Assembly: GCA_043228905.1 (NCBI GenBank)
Contig: JBHGNT010000020.1
Span: 2,666,001-2,730,000, forward strand
DNA: 64,000 bases
Direction: 5' to 3'
DNA from: Azolla caroliniana
Taxonomy: Eukaryota > Plantae > Polypodiophyta
Below are positions 11,440 through 22,436 of the stretch, piece by piece. The stretch's first letter is position 1, and each line of letters begins with the position of its first letter. Both the position numbers and the translations under genes were made by a program. The notes below the pieces were generated by a model. It was not told the origin of the DNA. It saw only the letters and a program-made list of their open reading frames with translations, and made no database searches.

Positions 11440-13907
11440 TGTCGTGAAGTTTCGCGCACGTTGTTGCGAAGTTTCGCGGGTATGTGTAGAATTCTAGGCG
11501 GGACCACGAGGGTCTTGGACTAGGGAGTGACGGAGCATAGGAAGTCGTGCTTCACCATTTCCGGGGCATCCCAGAAGCACACTTGAAGCAACCGAAGGGA
11601 GAGAGAGAGAGAGAGCAGGCACGCAACATTGACTCTCACACACGCACACATCACCGACCCAACTCGCGCCCTTATGTACATAAGCAAGAAAGAGACACTA
11701 AGACACACACACACACACACACCAACAGAGACCCGAATATGCACAACCAAATGTATATGTATTTACAAGACAACGAGATTCAACACCGACTTCGAACCGG
11801 ACCTAGGTAGCATAGGATACAACTGTTGTCTACTGCCGAGCCGCCGATTGGGGAGCTCTTGGGCTTGTCGCGCTGAGCGGGGTCTTGCATAGAGAACAGG
11901 GCAGAAAACAGAAACACTAGATCCCAAGGCTCGACACACAGAACGACGAAGAAGAAGCAGAGGAGAACCAGAAGAAACCCTAAAAACAGAGAAAAGAAAG
12001 AGGAAGAGAGAACGTTTCTTCCTCTAACGGTATACCCTACTACCAAAAATGGGCAACCCCTTCACCAAGGGCACTCCCTTCCTTTTATAGAACAAGGAGA
12101 AGGATCCGTAGCATCGTGGGATAAATCCCTTATTACATGGGATTCTTGTCCCGACTTGATTACTCTTCGACACCATAAAGGCGCCCTCGTTAGTCACACT
12201 AAATGTACAAGGGTGAGCGCACATGCTGCACCCCGCCGATGTAGCCAATATTTCCCGGTTTCCACCTCTGGCCAAAATTCTTCACGACATCCGCCCCCAC
12301 CAAACCGCACGTCCACCGGTACGTGCCAAATCCGGTGAAGGGTGAGAGATTTCGGCCGGTGAGAAACCGGTCTTCCGTAATCCGCATCCCGGCTCGCTAC
12401 CGGTTTGAATCGTCGGCTTCGGTTCTTCCCTTGCGCTTACCTCCCTGTAGGCTCGTTCGACCCGTCGATGGGTCCTTCGCCGCGATCTCCGTAGTACGCG
12501 TACTTCCACTAGCCCTTGTTCGGCCGTATGCACGCTCCAGTCTCCGCCGTATACCCGATGTCCTCCGCTTGAGGAACGCCCGTAGTGGCCCGCTTGGCCT
12601 CCGTCGACCATTCGCGTGGTCCTGATTGTCGTCCCGCGTTGTTTCCCACTGCCTTCGTCCCCTCGCCGCCACCTTCCTTCTCCTTGGTCTTACGTCGCCA
12701 CGTCGGCTCGGACCGCCAAGGTCTTCGGAACGGTGTGGAGGATCCTTCTTCGGTCCTTTCGGCACCGCCCATGCTGAACACCGTCCCGTAGTCACGCTTC
12801 GATCCGGCCCGCGATGGCGACTTGCGAGACTCTTGTTCCGTCCCAAGTGTGCCTTTCCAGCCCGACACACCTCCCCGTGTTTGCCCCTACCGGCTCCTTC
12901 CGAAACCGTAACCGGCCGGTAAGGGTTTCGCACTTCGTCCGCCCCCGTCTTACCGACTACCAATCCGCTATCTCGTGTCACCGGGTCCCGTTCCCTGCCG
13001 CCACCGTCCTTCTCCCTAGGTCTCACGCCGGCTCTCGCTAGCCTGCTGCCGGAGTCTTCGGATCAGTGTGAGTGTCTTTGTGGGACTTCCTCTTTCGCCG
13101 TTTTCCGCCCTTGTCCCCTCGCCGCCACCGTCAGTATCTTGGTCTTACGTCGACTACGTTGCCGACTACCGAAGTCTCTAGATCCGGTGTGAAGGATCCT
13201 CTTTGGGCCTCCGATTTGTCTTCCCGACCCTATCTCGGGTCGTCCTTCTCCGCATGCCGAGAGGGTGGTTATCTCCGCACCCTCTCCCGTGGTACCGACG
13301 TACCTATTTCCTTCCTTCCGGATTGGTTATCCAAAAACACGTCCTCCCTGTTATCGTCGAGGTCTGTTCGCATTGGCCGTTCCCGTTTCCCGCCGCCATT
13401 GTCCTTCTCTCTAGGTCTCACGTTGCCACGTTGGCCGAATTGTCGGAGTCTTTGGATCGGTGTGGGGATCCCGTAGGATTGGTTGCTTTCATCCTCACTC
13501 ACCTGTGCTTCTTTTGAACTCTTCGCCCTCCTTCTCGCGTACCCGCCTCCATCTCCCATCTCTCCAAGTCTCACGCCGGTGCTTGTTGCCGGCTGATTGA
13601 GTCTCCGGATAAGACGTGGTGTTTCCGTCCCGTAATTATTTGCGGACGCTCATTCGGGTTACCGTTCCCCAAGCACGTTCGGTGAGAAGCATTTGGACTT
13701 CGATCGATCAAGTGCCACCTGCACTTGATTCTCCAATGTCCAGAGTTTCGGGCCACAGTGTCCGAAACCTGCCGGTCTCTCTCCGCAACCTCGATCGCTA
13801 GCTTCCCGATTTGCGGCCTTCGCCTGGCCGGCTTGTGTCCTCATGTAAAAGAGGGAGATTTGTTTCGCACCCTCTTCCGCGCCGGCACTATTGTACCGAA
13901 CTGAGCC

Positions 13908-15104
13908 CTACCGATCGGGCTCTATAGCCCATCCTTGGTCTTTCGCGCCTTGGGCCGGTTTCGGTCGAGTCATCCACATCCGGATCACGCTCCATCCGAA
14001 TCGGAATGCCGATCTTTCCGTGCCGCTTCCGTCCTTGGCCTCCTTGCAGGCCGTTTCCCATCCCTCTTCGCTGGCATCTTGCCAGGACTCCTCGTCGGCG
14101 CCTTCCTTCTCTCTAGTCTCATGTCGGCACACGGGCTCGACCACCAGAGTCTCCAAAATCCGCGTGGAGGGCTCTTCTCCGCTCCCGACCTTGTCCTCGG
14201 TCGGCAATTCTCCGCAAGTCGAGAGGGCGTCTTGCTCCTCACCCTCTCCTGTGGTACCATCGTACCCTCCCTCGGCCATGTCCGCCTCGTCTGGAAGGCC
14301 GACTAGCCCTGGGTCTCCGGAATCTGACTGTGTGCCAGATCTTTCTTCTTCTTCGACCATCACCTTCAGAACCTCGTATGCTTCCCGGACCAAGGTCTCG
14401 ACATCAAGCTTCCCCGATTCTTCTCGTCGCGTGCCCACTTCCTACTGTGATGAAGCGCCGTTGCGCGTCATCTTCCCCTTTCCGCTCGCGGACTGCTCCT
14501 CGTCCAACCGCCAACACACTCGTTCGACTTCCAACCAGTCCTCGGTAAGGTCATTCGCTCCATCGTCGTCCTCGAGCTCAATTCCGATGGCCTCCCGTTC
14601 TGCTCGGTCGATCGACCTAACAAACAACAGGACCTTGTCCACCCCCACCGATCTTTGTTCCCGCTCTGGGAGCCGAGTGAAGCGTCGCTCAAACTCCTTG
14701 AACGCCTTCATCGCGCCCCGGTGGGTCTTTGCCGACGATATCCATTAGTCGAAGTCACGCCTTCCTCGGCCTTTCGGCCGCCCTCCGTATGCCTTCAGGA
14801 GCGCCTCTTCGAAGGCCTCCCACGAACTATGAGCCTCACGGAGCTCCTTTACTTCCGCATGCATCCGGATAGTTACGACCCGACAGAAGAACTCCAGCCT
14901 CAACGCCTCGTCTACACCACGCACTTCCATTTCTGCGTTGTATGCTACCAAGTAAAATGGGACCTTGTCCCCATTGAAACAGCCGACTCGATCGACCACC
15001 CACTCAATAGATTGTTGCGCTGCTTCTCGCCTCATCACCACTCGTGCGGACTCCAACGGCACTTCGGCCATCATCTCCGCGAGGTCATCATCTTCCGACT
15101 CCAT
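13908..15104 (-). pseudogene. gag: gag of element A, with in-frame stops
   Basis: FERRFTRL..DKVLLFVRSID..DLTEDW aligns with G gag FEERFARL..SRVLLFVKSVD..GLTTDW. Confidence 0.8.
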
Positions 15105-15429
15105 CCTCCCTTGCCGCCTTTCATGTCGGGTTCACCAAAGATGTCGCGAAGTTTCGCGGGTACGTGTAGAATTCTAGGCGGGACCACGGGGGTCTTGGAC
15201 TAGGGAGTGACGGAGCATAGGAAGTCGTGCCTCACCATTTCCGGGGCATCCCAGAAGCACACCTGAAGCAACCGAAGGGAGAGAGAGAGAGAGAGAGAGA
15301 GCAGGCATGCAACATTGACTCTCACACACGCACACAACACCGACCCAACTCACGCCCTTATGTACATAAGCAAGAAAGAGACACTAAGACACACACACCA
15401 ACAGAGACCCGAATATGCACAACCAAATG

Positions 15430-18400
15430 TGTCAAGATTCGAACTCTTGACACGACATAGTTATAATCTAGTATTATGAGTTAACCAAGATATCTAGTAC
15501 ATAGTTATGTATGTAATTGATCCTTATTATTTTGCTAGCATCATGTGCATAGTTGCTCCCTTGTAGTATTTACACTTGGCACATGCATGCATACCTACAT
15601 GCTCTATTGTAGATTCACATGCGTGCAAACAAGTATGCATGCCATGTAGTATAAATAGAGGAGTTCACCTTGAAGGAATTCAAGGTGAACAACACCAGTT
15701 ATGGAGTCTTTCCTTTAATACTATCTTCTTTCTTGTCCATTTGGTTATCTTCTTGCTTGTCTCTTGAGCTTATGATCCGTGACAGTTTGTTCACCTTCCC
15801 ATCCTCATAGCTCTCCCTCTCATAAGCCATAGCTATGTTCGACTCAAATAGTGAGTTAGGCCAAATAATGGTAGCCTTACGACAACTACAACTTGAAAAT
15901 GAAGCTCTTCGAAATTCTTTACAAGAACTTCAAGTTGGTACCTCCCTATCCTCACAACCCCCGAACCCTAGTCTCCCACAACAACCTAGCCTAGAGCCCG
16001 ATCTTCTACCAATATCTAGCCTAGCTTTGTCACAGTTTCTTGAGCCTAAGGTTAGCCTCCCAGAAAAATTTGATGGAACGAGGTCGCGTTTCCGAGGGTT
16101 CATCAACCAAGTTCGACTTATCATTCGGCTACAACCTCGACGTTATGGAGATGGTCTTCGACAAGTCGGCCTTGTGGGCACCCTTCTCTCCGGTCCGGCC
16201 CAAGCTTGGTTTGCACCATTGGTAGAAACCTCGTCACCTCTATTGGAGGACTTTCCCACCTTCCTCGCCGAGTTAGAGGCCACATTTGAAGAGACGGACC
16301 GACGACGTACAACTCTTAACAAGATTTATGCACTCGAACAAGGTTCGCGTGCAACTTCGGTCTATGCTTTAGAATTTCGACAACTAGCATGCGACGTCAA
16401 TTGGGATGATCAAGCTTTAGCTGATCACTTTCGGCGCGACCTTCGAAGCAATGTCAAGAATCTTCTCTTAAACTTTCCGGAGCCCACCTCGTTATCCCAA
16501 GCGATTTCACAAGCAGTTCATTGTGACAATCGTCTTTTCGAATTTCGCCAAGAAGAGCGCCGGACTTGGGTTCCACCTCATTCACTTCCACGCCACGCCC
16601 CGATCATACAACCCTAGGCATCCTCACACTCGCCTACTTTGGCAGATGCTCCTGTCCCCATGGAAATTGATCAAGCCCGATTTCGGCCATTGACTGATGC
16701 TGAACGACAATTTCGACGGGCTAATGGCTTGTGCATGTATTGTGGCGCCTCCAGTCATGTCGTTCACCATTGTCCTAGAAGTACTCGCCCACAATTCCAT
16801 CGAGCTAACGGACCCCAACATCCGGAAAACGACATCGTTCGGTTGCAGTAGGAGCCATGCAACTGGACATCTCCTGTCACCCACATTCTCTTGGTTCCAT
16901 TGCCGGACCATCAGGCAATTTCACATTGGAGGTATGGCTTTCGTTTAACTCTAGTTTCATTCAGTCTGTTGCTTTACTTGATTCTGGGGCATCTTCTTGC
17001 TTCATCGACGTCCCGTTTGCCCAAGCACATGGCGTACCTGTCGTTGGCCTCTCAAAACCCATTCCAGTTGAAGCCATCGATGGGTGTGTCCTCTCGTCAG
17101 GTGCAATTACTCAAGCTACAATCCCATTAGGGCTTCGGGTGGGCTCACACCAGGAGGAGCTCGCCTTTTACCTCATCGCATCTCCTTGACATCCGATCGT
17201 CTTAGGACTAACGTGGTTGGAGGCGCACAATCCAATAGTGGATTGGTGCAACCGCTCGATCACATTTAGCAAGCCAAGATGCTCGTGCAAAAGTATGAAG
17301 GTAAATTCAGTTTCCTATCCTTCGGAGACGGTCGACTCTGAATTGAAGACCCCATCATCGGTCCAGGATGGGTTTGTTTGTGGCGCCATTTCTAACACAC
17401 TCCATGTTATACCCGAAAAATACCAACACTTCTCCGACGTATTTGAAAAATGTAATGTTGATCGTTTGCCTGAACACCGGCTCTACGACTGTCCGATTGA
17501 TCTTCAAGAAGGTGTGTGTCCACCCTTTGGTCCTGTATATGCGTTGTCTACACCAGAGTTGAAGGCCCTTCGTGTGTATCTCGAAGAGAACCTCGAGAAA
17601 GGATTTATTCAACCTTCTAAGTCACTAGCCGGGGCCCCCATTTTATTTGTGATGAAGAAGGACGGCTCTCTACGCTTATGCGTCGACTACCGAGGTCTCA
17701 ACAAACTCACTGTGCGCAACCACTATCCGCTACCTCTGATCCCCGAACTCCTTGATTGACTCCGAGTTGCGCGTGTCTTCTCCAAAGTTGATCTGCGTGG
17801 AGCGTACAATCTAGTACGCATCAAGCCGAGGGACGAATGGAAAACCGCATTTCAAACACGGTATGGGCATTTCGAATACAAGGTAATGCCTTTTGGTCTT
17901 ACTAACGCTCCCATAGTTTTTCAACATATGATGAACGATATATTCCGGGAATATCTTGATCTTTTTGTTTTCATTTACCTCGATGATATTCTCATTTTCT
18001 CGCCAAACATGGAGGACCACACTCACCAAGTCCGATTAGTTCTTGCCAAACTTCGCGAGCATGGCCTTTATGCCAAAGGCGAGAAATGCGAGTTCGACCG
18101 TACCTCGATCGAATTTCTAGGCTACATCATCTCGCCCACTGGCATCACCATGGATATGAAGGTCTCTTTCATTCAGGCGTGGGCAACTCCAAGGCAACTT
18201 AAAGATGTGCAATCCTTCCTCGGCTTCGCGAATTTTTACCGTCGCTTCATCAAGGGGTTCTCCACCCTAGCACAACCTCTTATCGCTCTCACCCATAAAG
18301 GCACTCCATTTTTATGGACCTCGGAGGCGCAAAATGCGTTCGACTCACTCAAACACGCATTCATCACTGCCCCGGTGTTGCTACATGCCAACCCCACAAA

Positions 18401-20915
18401 ACCCTTCCAAGTCGAAACCGATGCCTCTAACTTTGCCATTGGCACCATCTTATCCCAGGCAGACAACAACAACCTAATGCACCCAATGGCTTACTATTCT
18501 CGAAAATTTACGGCATCCGAAATCAATTATCCCATTTATGACAAGGAGCTTGCTGCTATCATTGCTGCCTTTGAAGAATGGCGACCCTACTTGGCCGGCG
18601 CACAACATCATGTCTAGGTAGTGACTGATCATAAAAATTTAGTTTATTTTTCCACCACTCGTACTTTGAATCGAAGGCAGGCCCGTTGGTCGACATTTCT
18701 CGCCGACTACGATTTTGAGATCATATTTCGACCTGGTGGCCAACATGGGAAGGCTGATGCCCTTTCTCGCCGAGCTGACCTTGCACTCCGCCCTGGGGAT
18801 GCTGCTTATGCTCAACAATCTAGACGTTTGTTGAAACCCAACCAATTACATCTTTTTGCCACTTGTATGTTGCAGGATGATTCTTTACTCCAACAAATCA
18901 CTAATGCATCCAAGACTGATGCGTTCGCCAACGAGATTCGAGATAGTCTGCAAAACCCCTCTAAGGCGACCAAAAGGAAGGATCTTGACACCTTCACCAT
19001 ACAAGAGGGTTTGTTGTTCCGAGATCATCTCTTATACGTCCCAGAGGGCCCATGTCGCACCCGGGTGTTGCAGGAATGCCACGACAGGTCATTTCGGGGT
19101 CGCGAAAACCCTCGAGCTAATCTCTCGGGGGTATTGGTGGCCACAACCATGGAAGTTGGTCAAAGAATACATAAAGAGTTGTGAGGTTTGTGCTCGCTCC
19201 AAAGCCATTCATCATCGGCCATACGGCTTACTACAGCCGCTTCCATGTCCTCGTCATCCTTGGGCCTCTATCTCTATGAACCTGATAACTGATCTACCCT
19301 TGGTCAATAACTATGACTCGGTGTTGGTCGTTGTCGATCGGTTTACGAAGATGGCTGACTTCACTCCATGCTCCAAAACCATTTCCGGAGAAGGAATGGT
19401 GCATCTACTACTCAACAATGTGGTACGCTTGCATGGACTCCCCGATGATGTCATCTTGGATCGTGGACCCCAGTTTGTCTCTCACTTCTGGTAGCGCCTG
19501 CTACAAACTTTAGGCATCTCTGGCAAGTTATCCTCCGCTTATCACCCCCAAACTGACGGGCAAACGGAGTGTGTCAACCAAATCCTTGAGCAGTATCTTC
19601 GGTGCTCGGTCAGTTACTCAACAATGTGGTACGCTTGCATGGACTCCCCGATGATGTCATCTTGGATCGTGGACCCCAGTTTGTCTCTCACTTCTGGCAG
19701 CGCCTGCTACAAACTTTAGGCATCTCTGGCAAGTTATCCTCCGCTTATCACCCCCAAAATGACGGGCAAACGGAGTGTGTCAACCAAATCCTTGAGCAGT
19801 ATCTTCGGTGCTCAGTTAGTTACCAACAAGATGATTGGGTCAACTTACTTTCGCTCGTGGAATTCGCCTACAATAATTCTCTCCATGCATCGACTGGCGT
19901 CACCCACTTCTTTGCCAACTATGGTTTACATCCTCGCTTCAACATTTCCCTTCCTACCACTTCCGTGAACCTTTCGGCGGAGGATCGCGCCCGCATTTTG
20001 GAAGAACTACATCATGATTTATCCTTGGAGCTTAGTCTTGCTAGTGAACGATACAAGAAGCAGGTTGATCACCATCGATCTTCCACTCCACACTTTGTCG
20101 TTGGAGACATGGTCTGGTTGTTACGTTGACACATCTCTACTACTCGTCCATTTGCGAAACTTGATTACAAGAAGTTGGGACCATTCCGAATCATCGAGTG
20201 CATCAATCCCGTCGCCTTCCGGCTCGCCCTTCCATCCCACTTCCGAATTCACGATGTTTTTCATGTCTCCCTCCTCGAACCCCATTATGCTTCACAACTC
20301 CCAGGACGTCAGGCCCCACCACCACCATCTGTGCAATTGACGACAGGGGAGGAATACGAGGTCGTCCAAATCCTTGACTCGCGTTGGCACCGTCGACACT
20401 TGCAATACCTCGTCCTATGGAGGGGTTACCCCATGTCTGAGGCCACGTGGGAACCATCAGCAAATTTACAAAATGCCCCAGAGGTCGTCCAAGATTTTCA
20501 TCACCGATATCCCCACAAACCAGTGGCCGATTTGGGAAGGCGGCGTAGGAGGGGGGATAATGTCAAGATTCGAACTCTTGACACGACATAGTTATAATCT
20601 AGTATTATGAGTTAACCAAGATATCTAGTACATAGTTATGTATGTAATTGATCCTTATTATTTTGCTAGCATCATGTGCATAGTTGCTCCCTTGTAGTAT
20701 TTACACTTGGCACATGCATGCATACCTACATGCTCTATTGTAGATTCACATGCGTGCAAACAAGTATGCATGCCATGTAGTATAAATAGAGGAGTTCACC
20801 TTGAAGGAATTCAAGGTGAACAACACCAGTTATGGAGTCTTTCCTTTAATACTATCTTCTTTCTTATCCATTTGGTTATCTTCTTGCTTGTCTCTTGAGC
20901 TTATGATCCGTGACA
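15430..20915 (+). mobile_element. Element B: Tcn1/Tf1-like chromovirus (gag, PR, RT, RH, INT, chromodomain); LTRs 15430-15784 and 20561-20915; TSD AAATG
   Basis: 355-bp LTRs with one mismatch; TSD 15425-15429/20916-20920; motifs PEKFDG, LLDSGA, YLDDILIF, TDASNFAIG, DRGPQF, GPF, EYEVVQILDS..EATWEP; PPT AGGAGGGGGGATAA. Confidence 0.97.
19409..19823 (+). repeat. 206-bp tandem duplication in the B integrase
   Basis: TACTCAACAATGTGG… at 19409 and 19615; TAC microhomology at the junction; about 4 differences between copies. Confidence 0.9.
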
Positions 20916-21714
20916 AAATGTATATGTATTTACAAGACAACGAGATTCAACACCGACTTCGAGCCAGACCTAGGTAGCATAGGATACAACTGTTGTCTAC
21001 TGCCAAGCCACCGGTTGGGGAGCTCTCGGGCTTGTCGCGTCGAGCGGGGTCTTGCACAGAGAACAAGGCAGAAAACAGAAACACTAGATCCCAAGGCTCG
21101 ACACACAGAACGACAAAGAAGAAGCAGAGGAGAACCAGAAGAAACCCTGAAACCAGAGAAAAGAAAGAGGAAGAGAGAACATTTCTTCCTCTAATGGTAT
21201 ACCCTACTACCAAAAATGGGCAACCCCTTCACCAAGGGCGCTCCCTTCCTTTTATAGAACAAGGAGAGGGATTCGTAGCATCGTGGGATAAATCCCTTAT
21301 TACATGGGATTCTTGTCCCGACTTGATTACTCTTCGGCGCCATAAAGGCGCCCTCATTATTCACACTAAATGTACAAGGGTGAGCGCACATGCTGCACCC
21401 CGCCGATGTAGCCAATATTTCCCGGTTTCCGCCTCTGGCCGAAATTCTTCACGACAACGTGTGTTACTTGGGCGGGACCATGGGGGTGTTGGACTAGGGA
21501 GTACTCAAGGGATAGAGAAGACCCGAGGTTTGCTTTATGACAATACTACTTCCCGAGCAAGGTCTCGTTGCCCTTTGTTTTGTGAGGCCGGTGGCTCTCG
21601 TTGATCATGACTCGTCGACCTTCCGAGATCACCACACGAGCCAAGTGACCAAACGGGTACAAGCAAGATGAGCACACAACATGAACGCACAAGGGGACGA
21701 TAACACAAACAGGA

Positions 21715-22436
21715 ATGTCCGTACGTCTTTATGAGGAGGAGAGGTGCATGGGCACGCCCGAACGCTCCCTCGTCACAAGACGTCGAACGTACGAGGAAGA
21801 CACAAAACACATGCACAAATGCTCGTACACCTTTATGAGGAGGAGAGGTGCATGGGCAAGCCCGAACGCTCCCTCGTCACGAGACGGCCGAACGTACAAG
21901 GAAGACACAAACACACGCACAAAATGCTCGTACACCTTTATGAGGAGGAGAGGTGCATGGGCAAGCCCGAAACGGTCCCTCGCCACGAGATAGCCGAACG
22001 TACAAGGAAGACACAAACACATGCACAAAATGCTCGTACGTCTTTATGAGGAGGAGAGGTGCATGGGCACGCCCGAAACGCTCCCTCGTCACAAGACGTC
22101 CGAACGTACAAGGAAGACACAAACACACAGACAAATGCTCGTACGCCTTTATGAGGAGGAGAGGTGCATGGGCAAGCCCGAACGGTCCCCTCGTCACAAG
22201 ACGGACGAACGTACAAGGAAGACACAAACACACACACAAATGCTCGTACGCCCTTATGAGGAGGAGAGGTGCATGGGCATGCCCGAAACGCTCCCTCGTC
22301 ACAAGACGACCAAACATACAAGAAAGACACAAACACAGGCACAAAATGCTCGTACGCCTTTATGAGGAGGAGAGGTGCATGGGCAAGCCCGAACGGTCCC
22401 CTCGTCACAAGACGACTGAACGTACAAGGAAGACAC
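21715..22436. repeat. Tandem array, 7 copies of a ~105-bp unit, inside the LTR of C
   Basis: ATGAGGAGGAGAGGTGCATGGGCA at 21731, 21835, 21940, 22046, 22151, 22256, 22362. Confidence 0.95.

Larger units (their letters stand above)
11462..21456 (-). mobile_element. Element A: gag-only non-autonomous Ty3/gypsy; 3' LTR 11462-12289, 5' LTR 15142-15429 + 20921-21456, TSD ACGT
   Basis: LTR pair of ~828 bp; TSD 11458-11461/21457-21460; PBS TGGTGAACCCGACATGAA (15137-15120); PPT GGTGGGGGCGGA before 12289; no pol motifs in the 2.85-kb interior. Confidence 0.9.

Noticed and set aside
13891-14748. 285-aa Ser-rich plus-strand ORF (and similar shadow ORFs over D and G)
   Set aside because: Antisense shadows of GC-rich gag/pol frames.
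21715-22436. CRISPR array or hammerhead ribozyme (retrozyme) repeats; GGGCAAGCCC-GAAAC resembles stem II + GAAA
   Set aside because: The linkers are homologous rather than unique spacers, and there are no cas genes. The CTGANGA core is not present directly before the stem.
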